NCBI GenBank assembly: GCA_028278085.1 | Contig: JANQFB010000325.1 | Coordinates: 1-50,745 of the forward strand | Direction: 5' to 3' | Length of the DNA: 50,745 nucleotides | Source: Chitinophagales bacterium | GTDB lineage: Bacteria; Bacteroidota; Bacteroidia; Chitinophagales; JANQFB01 | Part shown: piece after piece, positions 1-10,311 of the stretch | How positions within the stretch are numbered: the first letter of the stretch is position 1 | How the letters are laid out: the number at the start of each line of letters is the position of its first letter | Program-made: the position numbers and the translations under genes | The notes under the pieces: generated by a model | Told to the model about the DNA's origin: nothing | Seen by the model: the letters and a program-made list of their open reading frames with translations, nothing else | Databases searched by the model: none

Positions 1-102
1 ATAACCCCCTTGGTAAAATCCCTGAAAGGGTCATTCAAGGCTCCGAAGGATTTTGATTATAAGAAGATTCTCGAAGACGAAATAGTCAAACGGCACCTGT
101 AA
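1..102 (+). CDS. 3' end of a putative antitoxin (DUF6364-like) upstream of the PIN toxin; truncated by the window edge
   Basis: Frame 1 reads ITPLVKSLKGSFKAPKDFDYKKILEDEIVKRHL* with the stop at 100-102, 1 nt before the PIN ATG. It resembles the C-terminus of antitoxins that precede PIN genes in Bacteroidota. Confidence 0.65.
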   Translation: MTPLVKSLKGSFKAPKDFDYKKILEDEIVKRHL

Positions 103-103
103 G

Positions 104-520
104 ATGCAAGTGTTATTTATCGACACCGATGTGGTTATTGATTTTCTGTTAGATAGAGAACCATTTTCAACAAATGCTGCCTTTATATTCAAATTGTCCG
201 AGCAAAAAAAGATCAAATTATTTGTTACTCCCCTGACATTTAGCAACGTCTATTATGTGCTCAGGAAATTTGGCAGCCATAAAAAGGTATTGACCAAGTT
301 AAGAACCCTCCTCCTTTTGACCGACATCCAAAGCGTCAATAGAAAGTCGATAGAATTAGCCCTGAATTTAGCCTTCAAAGATTTTGAAGATGCTATTCAG
401 CACTACTCCGCTTTTCAAAATGAAAAAATTGATTTGATCATCACCAGGAATATCAGTGATTATAGGAATAGTGATTTTCCAGTCATGTCACCGGAGACTT
501 TTATCAAAACCTTCAAATAG
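104..520 (+). CDS. PIN-domain (VapC-like) ribonuclease toxin
   Basis: 138 aa; N-terminal IDTDVVID, DFEDA and IITRNISDY acidic PIN motifs. Confidence 0.9.
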   Translation: MQVLFIDTDVVIDFLLDREPFSTNAAFIFKLSEQKKIKLFVTPLTFSNVYYVLRKFGSHKKVLTKLRTLLLLTDIQSVNRKSIELALNLAFKDFEDAIQHYSAFQNEKIDLIITRNISDYRNSDFPVMSPETFIKTFK

Positions 521-595
521 GGTTTGTATAATAACCGGGGAAATAGCCTCACGAATACTTCAACTTCCAATGAATAAGATTTACCCGGCTACCCT

Positions 596-1978
596 TTGAA
601 ACATTTGAGATCATATAAGCACCTGTTGTATACCATAATCGTGTGTATACTTTTGTGCGGCTTGATCGAACTGGCCTTTTATGCTTTCACAGCCAAAGGT
701 CATTATAAGGTAAAACTATCGAATAGTCTGAATTACCTGGGGCATCAAAATACGCCGGTGCCGGCTTTGGAAAACCTGGATTGGCCGGAGGCCTCTGTGG
801 TTATCCGCTACCCCGACACGCATATGGATCCAATTCCATCCCAAAACCAAAACTTTCCCGATGAATTCCTGCAATCCCGAACGGTCCTCGCTACCCCCGA
901 TGATCTGAAAAGCATTCCCGGCAAGCGGGTGTTCATTGTCGGCGGCTCGGCTGCTTTTGGCTATCGCTATCATTATTCGCAAACCTTCGGATCCCTGATC
1001 TCAGAAACACGCAAGGGCGATTATACCGTGATCAACGCCGCACAGGTAGGATGGTCATCGGGAAGGCTGTTTCCCGTCCTGAAAAGGATCGTCGACCATT
1101 TCGCCCCGGCAGCCATCATCCTGTTTACCGGTAACAATGAATGGGTGCAATGGTCGCATGAAAAACCATCCGGTTTCAGGAATTCAACCCTAACCCTGCT
1201 CTCTTGGGGCAATAAAAGCTATGCCTGTTCCTATTTAATATACAAATGGATCATTGGCCGGCGGGACCAGGTCAGCGATAGCACCGGCCGGTCCGGGGAT
1301 AAATTCTTAGCTCACCAGGATCTTCTCGGATACCGGTACGCACTCCGTTATCCGCTTGTTCCGGACAATGGATTCAATCCACGGGACTGGCCACGTACCA
1401 AAGCCGATTTCCTGGCCGTCTTTAAACAAAACCTGACATCAATGATCAGATACTGTCAGGCAAAGGGCGTCTGGGTGATCCTGATGAATATTCCCTTCAA
1501 CTACAAATTATCCCCGGCCTGGAAACATCCCCAGCCCTTTTACCTGGAGGAAAAGCATAGCGCTACTGTACCCGGGATGATCACAAATGCCGCAGATCTG
1601 ATCGGGCGGGATCAAATTGCAGAAGCTGAAGCAGTGATCAGACAAGTGCTGGCCCTGGAACCGGAAATATCTATTGCTCATTACCTGTTGGCCCATATTT
1701 TAGAAAAAACAGGCCGCGATCGCGCTGCCAGGAACGCTTATGCGCAATCTCGTGAATATATGATCGGCAATTTGGGTTCCATGCTCAGTATCAATGAAAG
1801 CATCCGGAAGGTTGCGGAATCCACGGCCGTAGATTTTGTGGATATTCACCGGTCATTCGATGCCCATGCCCAACAGGCGGGAGATCCTTATCACGCGACC
1901 CTGATCCATGATGATTGTCATCCGAATGTGAAAGGCCATGAGATCATTGCCCGGGCCTTGCTACCCTACCTGGATTAA
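596..1978 (+). CDS. SGNH/GDSL-family hydrolase with N-terminal TM helix and an inserted TPR segment
   Basis: Block I GGSAAFG, NAAQVG, block III GNNE, block V DDCHPN; TPR-like segment EAEAVIRQVLALEPEISIAHYLLA. Confidence 0.75.
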   Translation: MKHLRSYKHLLYTIIVCILLCGLIELAFYAFTAKGHYKVKLSNSLNYLGHQNTPVPALENLDWPEASVVIRYPDTHMDPIPSQNQNFPDEFLQSRTVLATPDDLKSIPGKRVFIVGGSAAFGYRYHYSQTFGSLISETRKGDYTVINAAQVGWSSGRLFPVLKRIVDHFAPAAIILFTGNNEWVQWSHEKPSGFRNSTLTLLSWGNKSYACSYLIYKWIIGRRDQVSDSTGRSGDKFLAHQDLLGYRYALRYPLVPDNGFNPRDWPRTKADFLAVFKQNLTSMIRYCQAKGVWVILMNIPFNYKLSPAWKHPQPFYLEEKHSATVPGMITNAADLIGRDQIAEAEAVIRQVLALEPEISIAHYLLAHILEKTGRDRAARNAYAQSREYMIGNLGSMLSINESIRKVAESTAVDFVDIHRSFDAHAQQAGDPYHATLIHDDCHPNVKGHEIIARALLPYLD

Positions 1979-4182
1979 AGCCGGATACCCACCACACATA
2001 CATCATCGATTTGTCCCCGCTTCCATTGCCATTGATCGAGTGTGGTTTCGAGCTTGCTTTTTTGTTCTTCCGGCTCGAGAGAATGGAGCTCCCGTAACAG
2101 TTCCTTGAAGCGGCGGGAGCTGAACTTTTTATTCCGCTCTCCGCCGAACTGATCCATATAACCGTCGGAATAAAGGTAGATCATATCTCCGGGATTGCCC
2201 GCTATCCGGTGATTGGTGAAAGGTTGGCTTTGCCGGCTATGGTGGATACCGATCGGTTGGCGGTCGCCTCGTATTTCTTCCAATTCGGTGGTGTTTTTCC
2301 TGACCCTGATCAGAGGATTATAAGCCCCGGCGAATTCGACCTGGAGGGTATCCGGGTCTATCTTGCATAAGGCGATATCCATGCCATCCTTCACATTCGT
2401 TTCGGCTGGCAAGCCACCTTTGTTATTAGGATCGACGCCGCTTTGTTTCAGCGACCGGATGATACCGGCTTTCAGTTCATCCAGGATACGGGCCGGTTGC
2501 GTGATCCTTTTTTCATTGACCACCTCATTCAATAAGGAGTTACCGATCATGCTCATAAAAGCTCCCGGCACCCCATGGCCTGTGCAATCGGCTACTGCCA
2601 CGATAATAGCCTGATCTACCGAGGAGATCCAGAAAAAATCGCCGCTGACAATATCCTTGGGTCGATAGAGGATAAATGACTCCGGCAACAGCTTTTTAAA
2701 CACTTCCGGTTCGGGAAGGATAGCATTTTGTATCCGCTGCGCATAATGGATACTGGAGAGGATCTGTTCTTTCTGGTCTTCGATCTCCTTCTTCTGCAGG
2801 GCCAGCAATTTGTTGGCCTTTCTCTTTTGCTGGTATGCCAACATAATAGCGACCACTAAGGCTAATACCAGTCCGAATCCCAGGATAAAGAGGTTGCGCT
2901 GTGCTTTTTGCCGGTCGATTTCCAGGGCCTGAAGGGCTTTATCTTTCTGCAACAATTCGATCTCCTTTTCTTTTTGCGTAGTTTCGAAACGTGTTTCCAT
3001 TTCACTAAGTTGCTTGCTGGTGGTTTCATCGAACAGGCTATCCTTCATTTGGGCATGCAGATCATGGTAGGCCAAAGCTTTTTTGTAATCCTTTTTTATT
3101 TTATAGCTGGCCGCTAATCCATAATAGACATAGATCCTTAATTGGAAACTTTTTACCTTCCTGGCCAGGGAATCTGCCCGGTTAAAATAGTGGATCGCCA
3201 GATCAGGATCCCCCAGTTTATTGGAAAGATCACCCATGTTGATCAGGGATACCAATACGCCTCTTGCATCCTTCATTTGCCGTTTGATCTCGAGCGATTG
3301 GTTGAAATAATCCATCGCTTTTGAAAATTGGTCGAGCGATTCGTAGGCATTACCGATATTATTGAGCGTACCGGATACGGAACGGTGGTCTTCGAGCAAA
3401 CGGTGGATCTTTAAGGCCCGCATATAGTAAGGCAAAGCTTTTTCAGGTAGCCCCATTTGGTTGTATATACCCCCGAGATTGTTGAGCACAAAACATATTT
3501 GGTTGGTATCTTCCAGTTGGTCTTTGAAGGATAGCGCATGAAGAAAATATTCTTCGGCCCTTTCCGGTTTTTTTTGGATGGCATGCACGGTGCCGATACC
3601 GCTATAGGTGCTGACCAGGTTATAATATTCGCGGATCTCCTCGAGGATCTCCGCCGCCTTGAAATAATGTTCAAATGCTTTGGCCAGGTCTTCTTTTCTT
3701 TTATACACTTTCGCCAGGGCCAGATGGCTATTGGCGATCCCGGAAGAATCGTTCAACTCCGTTTTTAATTCATGGTACCGGATCAGACTGCCCAAGGCCT
3801 CATCATAGGCTCTTTGGGTACGGTATACCAGGCCTTGCTGATAATAGAGATCAGCGATAAGCATTTTATCTTTCGTGTTCAAAGCATGCTCCAATCCTTT
3901 TTCGACCATCCACAAGGCGGTATCAGGATTTCCGATACGGTACATGGTGGATAGCTTGAGGTAGCTGTTGGCTTTTACCTCGTCATCATCACTTTGGGCG
4001 ATCAGCCGGTATAGACTGTCGGAATTACCGAAGAGGTTTGCATGAAGGAAAATACTGGTCAGGATCAGCAGGCGTGTAACCGGCTTCCGGAGGCTTGCGT
4101 ATGGGAAAAGAGGGCTCAGCACACTTTTACCTATAAAGATAAGGTAAATTGAAAGGAAATTTTTCAGCTTGGCCATAGCCAA
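1975..4182 (-). CDS. TPR sensor + TM + PP2C/SpoIIE-family protein phosphatase (paralogue 1); true start may be further downstream
   Basis: Multiple TPRs (LNNLGGIY, LNNIGNAY), TM helix, then PKDIVSGDF, ADCTGHGVPGAFMS, DGMD, SDGYMDQFGG and DDVCV. Confidence 0.9.
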   Translation of the reverse strand: MAMAKLKNFLSIYLIFIGKSVLSPLFPYASLRKPVTRLLILTSIFLHANLFGNSDSLYRLIAQSDDDEVKANSYLKLSTMYRIGNPDTALWMVEKGLEHALNTKDKMLIADLYYQQGLVYRTQRAYDEALGSLIRYHELKTELNDSSGIANSHLALAKVYKRKEDLAKAFEHYFKAAEILEEIREYYNLVSTYSGIGTVHAIQKKPERAEEYFLHALSFKDQLEDTNQICFVLNNLGGIYNQMGLPEKALPYYMRALKIHRLLEDHRSVSGTLNNIGNAYESLDQFSKAMDYFNQSLEIKRQMKDARGVLVSLINMGDLSNKLGDPDLAIHYFNRADSLARKVKSFQLRIYVYYGLAASYKIKKDYKKALAYHDLHAQMKDSLFDETTSKQLSEMETRFETTQKEKEIELLQKDKALQALEIDRQKAQRNLFILGFGLVLALVVAIMLAYQQKRKANKLLALQKKEIEDQKEQILSSIHYAQRIQNAILPEPEVFKKLLPESFILYRPKDIVSGDFFWISSVDQAIIVAVADCTGHGVPGAFMSMIGNSLLNEVVNEKRITQPARILDELKAGIIRSLKQSGVDPNNKGGLPAETNVKDGMDIALCKIDPDTLQVEFAGAYNPLIRVRKNTTELEEIRGDRQPIGIHHSRQSQPFTNHRIAGNPGDMIYLYSDGYMDQFGGERNKKFSSRRFKELLRELHSLEPEEQKSKLETTLDQWQWKRGQIDDVCVVGIRL
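2383..2410 (-). repeat. REP-like stem-loop unit embedded in frame in PP2C paralogue 1
   Basis: Minus strand GCCAGCC-GAAAC-GAAT-GTGAA-GGATGGC; same architecture as the units at 15661-15747, 23603-23659 and 32117-32143. Confidence 0.6.
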
Positions 4183-4278
4183 TGCTCCCGGACTTTCATA
4201 CAGGCAGGATCCTGGTTATCAAACGATCATAGCTTATTTTTTCACCATTACATCCCGGGAATAGCTATATTTGAACAT

Positions 4279-5079
4279 ATGGTTTATACGGAATTACCCC
4301 TGCATCCCCGTTTGCAGGACCATGTGCAGTTGTTGTGGATGATGGAATCGGAAAACGAGCCTTTTCCCAAAGAGCAAATATTGCCGGATGGTATTGTAGA
4401 GCTCGTCTTTCATTATAAGGATCCCTATATCACCTATCCCGGTAGCGGAAAGCCATTTAAACAGCCCAGGAGCTTCGCCATTTCCCAAATGCGGCAGTGT
4501 ATTGAGATCGAGTCCGACGGCGAAACAGGGTTCTTTGCCGTACGCTTTTATCCCTGGGGAGCCCACCATTATTTCGACTATCCGGTCCAAAACTTCCTGG
4601 ACCAAACAGTAGCTGCCTCCCAGCTATGGCCTGACCGGTGGGAGGCTTTGGAAATGAATATCGCGAAGGCGCAGGATTATTCGGAAAGGTCCGCTATGAT
4701 CGAGGAATTTTTATTGGAATGCAGGTCATTATATGAAAAACCGGATGCTCCCCTGGAACAAGCCATAAAATTGATCCGGGAAACGAAAGGAGAATTATCG
4801 ATGGAGGAGGTCGGCGAACGAACCGGGCTGGCCAAAAAGCAATTGGAACGGAAATTCAAGAATTCGGTGGGGACCACCCCAAAAGTATTTGCCCGCGTTA
4901 GCCGCTTATTGAATATATGCCGCCACCTGGAAGATTATCAAAATCAGACGCTTACTCAATTGGCCGCTGCTTGTGGTTATTATGATCAGGCGCATTTTAT
5001 AAAAGAGTTCAAAACTTTTTGCGGCTTTACCCCCAAAGCTTTTTTTAAAAAGAACAACGTGGTTTTTGCCGATTTGTAA
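4279..5079 (+). CDS. AraC-family transcriptional regulator (DUF6597-type N-domain)
   Basis: N-terminal ILPDGIVELVF; C-terminal double HTH with LERKFKNSVGTTPK and GYYDQAHFIKEFKTFCGFTP. Confidence 0.9.
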   Translation: MVYTELPLHPRLQDHVQLLWMMESENEPFPKEQILPDGIVELVFHYKDPYITYPGSGKPFKQPRSFAISQMRQCIEIESDGETGFFAVRFYPWGAHHYFDYPVQNFLDQTVAASQLWPDRWEALEMNIAKAQDYSERSAMIEEFLLECRSLYEKPDAPLEQAIKLIRETKGELSMEEVGERTGLAKKQLERKFKNSVGTTPKVFARVSRLLNICRHLEDYQNQTLTQLAAACGYYDQAHFIKEFKTFCGFTPKAFFKKNNVVFADL

Positions 5080-5151
5080 GGCCTTGTCCCTTTTTTACAA
5101 TTTTGTTTCCGGGAATTTGTTTTGATTTGTAGCCGAACCAAAGCATACAAC

Positions 5152-5982
5152 ATGATGGCTGCAAATACCTTTATTCAAACCTTGAAAGACCACCGATCTG
5201 TGGTCCTGGAAACGGTGGCTGATCGACCGGATTGGGAACATGCGGTTAAGACCTTCGATGCCTTCTTTCAACAAATGGCTGATCCTGGTCACGGGCTGTG
5301 GTCGGAAACCATGATCGAAGAACTGCACCGGCAATATTATCAGGCCAGGGATGCGGATAAGGAATGCAAGAATATCACCGAGCGGACCTTAAAGGCCATG
5401 CCAGTCTCGAAAGGCAATGATGTCAAAAAGATCTTTCTCCAGATTGCGAATACCTGCCGGATCTTCCATGCCGGCCATAAAGTGAACTTCGAAGCGCTGG
5501 AGATCCCCGAAAATTTCGAGGAGATACCCATGGCCCCTAAAAAGAAAGGGATATTTACCTATGCCGAACCCATGCCGACCTTGTATCCTAAAATTAGCTT
5601 GACTTTCGATTATTGGGTACCGAAGATCCTGGACTGGACGTTAGAACTTCGCCAACAGGGCGCCCACGAATGGCGTGGTGAAGCCAGTTTTCAATACGAA
5701 TCATGCACGGATTTTATGCGCATAGCCCTGCTATTCCTGTCGGATCCCGCCGGGAACCTGCCCATCTGCAAGCCCGATATCCGCCAGGCATTATTGGAAA
5801 AGATCTTTGACGAAACATTTGTGTGGATCAAAAAATCGGCCAAGCGGGAAGATATCGCGGAGAACAATAAAGCGCTCCGGCTAAACCTGGAAAAAGCTGC
5901 CTCCAGGGCGGCTACCGACATTCCTGCCGAAGCCTGGAACCGGGTACTGGCGCTGGCTCCGGTTAAGGCGCTGTTGAAGTGA
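5152..5982 (+). CDS. Hypothetical protein (likely ATG at 5152 rather than TTG 5122)
   Basis: Long open frame with host-like codon usage and no clear family motif. Confidence 0.7.
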   Translation: MMAANTFIQTLKDHRSVVLETVADRPDWEHAVKTFDAFFQQMADPGHGLWSETMIEELHRQYYQARDADKECKNITERTLKAMPVSKGNDVKKIFLQIANTCRIFHAGHKVNFEALEIPENFEEIPMAPKKKGIFTYAEPMPTLYPKISLTFDYWVPKILDWTLELRQQGAHEWRGEASFQYESCTDFMRIALLFLSDPAGNLPICKPDIRQALLEKIFDETFVWIKKSAKREDIAENNKALRLNLEKAASRAATDIPAEAWNRVLALAPVKALLK

Positions 5983-6023
5983 TATCATCCTTTGTCTGTT
6001 GGATAGAGGAAGTACTTAGATAC

Positions 6024-6090
6024 AAAAAGGCCGTCCGCCAACCATCGGCCACCTGAGGATAGCCGAGGGTATTGAAGGCGGACAGCCTTT
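6024..6090 (-). terminator. Intrinsic terminator-like hairpin after the metalloprotease gene
   Basis: Minus strand AAAGGCTGTCCGCC...GGCGGACGGCCTTTTT: 14-bp stem with one G.T pair, an inner hairpin in the loop, and a T-tract. Confidence 0.6.
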
Positions 6091-6112
6091 CACATAGAAC
6101 AACGCCACATTG

Positions 6113-9100
6113 TTATCGAACGATCACTTTATGGTATTCGGGTTGATCGTTAAGGATGACCTCCAGCAGATAGATACCTTTGGCCAGATCCTTCCCGTCG
6201 ATCTCATTTTGTCCAATGTTCAATAGCATCACCGGCGAGACCTGTTTGCCTGCCAGATCAAATAAAACAGCTTGCGGCCGGCTGGAACCTGTTATTCCTA
6301 TGCTGAACTGACCCGTATTCGGATTGGGAAATACCGTCGACCCCATTTTTGCCCGCGGGATATCCATTCCTCCGGCCTCGTAAGCCATGGTTTTCCGGGA
6401 AGCGCCGTAGGCATAGATCGCTTTGGCAATGAACACCTTTTGGGCGCAATCGGTGGTCAGGGGAGTTGCCTTGGATTGACCGTTCTTATCCGGCTTGCCG
6501 CAGTAGGCCTGGTCTTCGATATGACAAGCTTCCCAACGACCCGTTTTTCCTTTGCTAAGCTGGATGCCGGAAATCTCTTTAAACCCAAGCCGCGTTTCTT
6601 CGGTATCTTCACCCAGGAAAACCCGGTACTTGTCGGTAAACATGCCGCCGATCGTTTCCCGACCCGCCAGTTTTACCGGAACCGGACAGGAAACCGCAGT
6701 AGTAAGGCTGTTCTGACCCATACAATCTTCACAACTGCTGACCGGTATACAGGTGGAGTAATTGGTCGTGACCACCGTGACCGTGGGATTGACACCCGGT
6801 TGGCAGCTCTTCTCAATATTATGATCCGAACCGGCCAGATCCACTGCTACCGATCCACCGCCGGTTCCCCAGAAATTATGCTTGGCCAGTATTTCATTGG
6901 GCGCAATATTGCTTCCATTGTAACACAGTTCGAAAACCATGCCATAGGTGCTGAAAAATGTATTGGGGTGGATTACATTAGGTTGCCCCCGCTTGATGGC
7001 ATGTTCCTCGGCATCGATATTGAGGATAAAGTCTTCACCCGTGATCAAGGGAAGCGCAGACACCGTACTGGTAATGGTACCACATCCTTTATCGCCGACG
7101 GTCAGCATGGCGCTGAAGGCCTGGTTGTCATTATCATATGAACCCTCCAGGTCTACCCCATGTTCGACATTATCGATGATTGCTCCGCCGTTCCGCAAGA
7201 ATACCAGGGAATGACTGCCTTTCACACCGGTGATGTTGTCGTAGATCCGGCCACCATTGATATAACAGCCTGCTACATGGTCGACCTGTATGCCGTAATC
7301 GGCGTCAGTGATCAGGACATCTCCGGTTGTAACATTTGATGCATTACTGGCCTTTATCCCGGTGGTGCCACCGGAAATACTACTGTTGATCAGTGTGAAA
7401 CTGCCAAAGTTATCGCCTTTAATACCGAATGTACATCCGGTAAATTGCAGGTTAACCATGAACGTATGCAAGGGTTTATTATCCAAGTTAATTCCCTTCA
7501 CACAATTATGGATACCGGCATCGAATATTTTGGCGGTGCTGGTAAAGTTACTCAGGGTGATCCCCTCTCTCAGGTTTTCTGCTTCACCGCCGGTAAATTC
7601 AAATTTTGAAAGCCCTTCACCTAATATACCGATGCTGGCATGTTTGGGATCTGTGGACAATAAGCCTTTTAAGGTAACCTGCTCAAAAGTGGCTTGGGTA
7701 TTCTTGATGGAGAACACACTGGTATAGGCATATTCTATCTTAGCATTGCTGATCTTCACCTTGTGCCCGTCAACCGCCAGGGTAGTATAGTTCGTGATAC
7801 GCATAGCCCGCCGGCTAACGCCAAGTCCGTCGATCACGAATTCGCTGTTGTTGCCCAATTGTAGTTCATGGGAAGGTTTAAACTTAATATAGCCGTTCCC
7901 ATAAAAGGTAAGATCTACATCATCATCGGTCTTAAAGATGCCGTCCAGCTCCAAAACCGCCGAGCTGCTGGGGATACTGGCAGGCCCCAAATGAATGCCG
8001 GCGAGGGGGTTGGAATTTTTCAAATGAAGGGTTCCGTATTCCTTGACTTTCATTTTACCGCCCGGGTGTACAAATACTTCGGCACCATCTTCTATCACGA
8101 GCGTGCCAAATGCTCCAACCGTAAAAGTGGCTCCGTTCATTACCTCCAGCTTGCTGCCTGATTTCAGGGTCATGGTGCTGAACTGGCGAACTTCCATAGC
8201 GGCGCCGGGCTGCAATCGGACCAAAGCGCCCGGTTCCACATCCAGGGTGGTATGGTTGTAAAAATCGGTGAAGGTGGTTCCGTTCACCCAGTCGTTGTGC
8301 ACCGCCAGGGTATGACGATTGGGTGTTCCGGTTTTATCTACCAACACAAAACTACCGGATTGAACATCCATCGCCGGATCGCTCAGGCCGTTGGTATGCG
8401 GATTCAGGATCAGCTCACCGGTTAAGCGAGTATCTTCCTTGACCTGGTGATCATCGAATAAAACACGGATGAGCACAAACTCCTCAGGATCCGCTTGGGG
8501 TCCGCCATACCCGATGATCTCGATAGAAACACCATTGAGGTAAATGGGCTCCAGCTTTTCGGTGTTTTTGTTGTAATCCTGGTAGTTGAAGATGCCGGGA
8601 TTACTGCCCAGACCGATGCGCTGGAATTCAGGTAAGGCAGCATTTAAGCCGAGCTGGCCATATACAAAGTTGCCATCGACCATATGAACGGCCATTTGCT
8701 CCTGGGCGCCAACGGTATTCGCCCCCTCGTGTACATCTATACTGTTGTTGCCATCAAGATCCCATCTTACGGAGGTAATTTCATTATGGCCGCCATATGG
8801 ATTCGATGCCCCTCTGGCAAAATCATAGACGGGGTTTCCATACCATTCGGGTGGGGTGGTGAAGGTAGCCGAGGGGGTAAAATCGAAGTTACCCTGGCCA
8901 TAGAAGCAACGGATGCCGTTCGAATAATTGACATTGAGGGCCTGAACAGGTGTATTTCGGGTGCTTTCCATATTGTCGACGATACCGACGACCCCACGAG
9001 GAGCGTCAGGGATGGTATTGCCGGCGCCATCGTTGACAAATCCTGACCGGTTATCGAATGCGGATAGCCCGCGCCGGTATTCCAGCCACAAATGCTGTTT

Positions 9101-10102
9101 ATTCACGTGTGGGATCTTTATCCTGATCACATCCCCTGTAGTTACAAAATCCCCGATAGCATATACATTATTGTCCGAAGCATCTTCCAGGTCGTGGGTA
9201 ATCTCGATCCAGCCGTTGTACCAACGTTCCCAGGCATTGGCAGAATAAAACACCTGCGGACCGGTAGCCATCATTCCCCATCCCGAGTTGGTATAAAAAT
9301 GCTTGCCACTCACATTATTGGAGCTGTTATAATGCGGGGCGCTATACAGGTCATGACCAAATTCATGCAAAAACATTCTCCTGGAATTGATGATATTACC
9401 CATTCCGGCAGGTAGTGTAAATCCGGAAGCACCGGAAACCACGTATCCGCTGGAAAAAGTATAGCCTGTAATACCGGCATAACCGCCCCCACCAAAAGCG
9501 CTACCGGTAAGGCCGGTGGTACCGGTTGGATTCGGTCCGTTATTGTCCCAACGCCAAATGATCGCCACGAAGTCGATCTGATTATCCGGTGAGGAAACCG
9601 AATTATCGAAAGCATAGTTCGGATTATTGGTGCGGGTATCGTTCGGGCTGAAATCATAGCCCGGGTAATTGGCTTCGATGTAGTCGAATACCTTGGTGGT
9701 ATAGGTCGACCAGGGATTGAAGGTGTTGTTATCAGCCGTTGTTGCCAGTACATTGACCCTTTCCGGAAAAATATCTCCGACAAGCCGGAACGGCTGACCG
9801 CTGGGCAACGACATTTGGTAGTAAAAGTTAGACAGGGAGTGGTCCGTTGCCGTCGAGGAAAAATCGCTGAAATTGTCGTAAAACAGATCATCGACATACG
9901 AAGGAAAGGGATCACTATGCTCCCAATTTTGATTAGGCGCCGTGTTGGCATCATTCGTGAATCCTGCATAGATCACCAGTACTCTTACATCCCCCTTGGG
10001 GGTCATTACGTTTCCATTGGGTGTGTACTGCGCCAGACCTTGCTGACTACTCAATAGCCAGACGATACTGCTGATCACCCAAAGCATAGAAATTCTTTTC
10101 AT
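6113..10102 (-). CDS. Secreted zinc metalloprotease (M6/immune inhibitor A-like) with beta-helix-like region and T9SS C-terminal domain
   Basis: Signal peptide MKRISMLW...; HEFGH zinc motif followed by GWGMM; SANAWER; C-terminal VFPNPNTG...LAKGIYLL T9SS sorting signal. Confidence 0.8.
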   Translation of the reverse strand: MKRISMLWVISSIVWLLSSQQGLAQYTPNGNVMTPKGDVRVLVIYAGFTNDANTAPNQNWEHSDPFPSYVDDLFYDNFSDFSSTATDHSLSNFYYQMSLPSGQPFRLVGDIFPERVNVLATTADNNTFNPWSTYTTKVFDYIEANYPGYDFSPNDTRTNNPNYAFDNSVSSPDNQIDFVAIIWRWDNNGPNPTGTTGLTGSAFGGGGYAGITGYTFSSGYVVSGASGFTLPAGMGNIINSRRMFLHEFGHDLYSAPHYNSSNNVSGKHFYTNSGWGMMATGPQVFYSANAWERWYNGWIEITHDLEDASDNNVYAIGDFVTTGDVIRIKIPHVNKQHLWLEYRRGLSAFDNRSGFVNDGAGNTIPDAPRGVVGIVDNMESTRNTPVQALNVNYSNGIRCFYGQGNFDFTPSATFTTPPEWYGNPVYDFARGASNPYGGHNEITSVRWDLDGNNSIDVHEGANTVGAQEQMAVHMVDGNFVYGQLGLNAALPEFQRIGLGSNPGIFNYQDYNKNTEKLEPIYLNGVSIEIIGYGGPQADPEEFVLIRVLFDDHQVKEDTRLTGELILNPHTNGLSDPAMDVQSGSFVLVDKTGTPNRHTLAVHNDWVNGTTFTDFYNHTTLDVEPGALVRLQPGAAMEVRQFSTMTLKSGSKLEVMNGATFTVGAFGTLVIEDGAEVFVHPGGKMKVKEYGTLHLKNSNPLAGIHLGPASIPSSSAVLELDGIFKTDDDVDLTFYGNGYIKFKPSHELQLGNNSEFVIDGLGVSRRAMRITNYTTLAVDGHKVKISNAKIEYAYTSVFSIKNTQATFEQVTLKGLLSTDPKHASIGILGEGLSKFEFTGGEAENLREGITLSNFTSTAKIFDAGIHNCVKGINLDNKPLHTFMVNLQFTGCTFGIKGDNFGSFTLINSSISGGTTGIKASNASNVTTGDVLITDADYGIQVDHVAGCYINGGRIYDNITGVKGSHSLVFLRNGGAIIDNVEHGVDLEGSYDNDNQAFSAMLTVGDKGCGTITSTVSALPLITGEDFILNIDAEEHAIKRGQPNVIHPNTFFSTYGMVFELCYNGSNIAPNEILAKHNFWGTGGGSVAVDLAGSDHNIEKSCQPGVNPTVTVVTTNYSTCIPVSSCEDCMGQNSLTTAVSCPVPVKLAGRETIGGMFTDKYRVFLGEDTEETRLGFKEISGIQLSKGKTGRWEACHIEDQAYCGKPDKNGQSKATPLTTDCAQKVFIAKAIYAYGASRKTMAYEAGGMDIPRAKMGSTVFPNPNTGQFSIGITGSSRPQAVLFDLAGKQVSPVMLLNIGQNEIDGKDLAKGIYLLEVILNDQPEYHKVIVR

Positions 10103-10192
10103 GTTCAATCAAGTTTTTTCGTTAACAAATAGCTGCCGGAATCAGTGAGGCAGCCGTAAAACCACTGGTTCCTGATCCCGGTCTATAAGCAT

Positions 10193-10221
10193 TATCGTGC
10201 AGCCCCATGATCTATAACCAA
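10193..10221 (-). promoter_or_regulatory. Candidate ECF-sigma promoter upstream of the metalloprotease
   Basis: Minus strand TTGGTTATAGATC-N11-CGATA; near-identical motif at 14915-14944. Confidence 0.55.
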
Positions 10222-10311
10222 ACCGGATAACTTTTTTTTACCATAACCAAAAAATTACAAGTAAGCCCGGAAGGGGGAAGGGAGATCAGTCCGTTTATAA
10301 GCCGATGATTA

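Noticed and set aside
6272-7141. 289-aa plus-strand ORF, and similar long shadow ORFs such as 9310-9969, 42712-43476 and 47983-48726
   Set aside because: They overlap well-supported genes antisense or out of frame and show no recognisable motifs.
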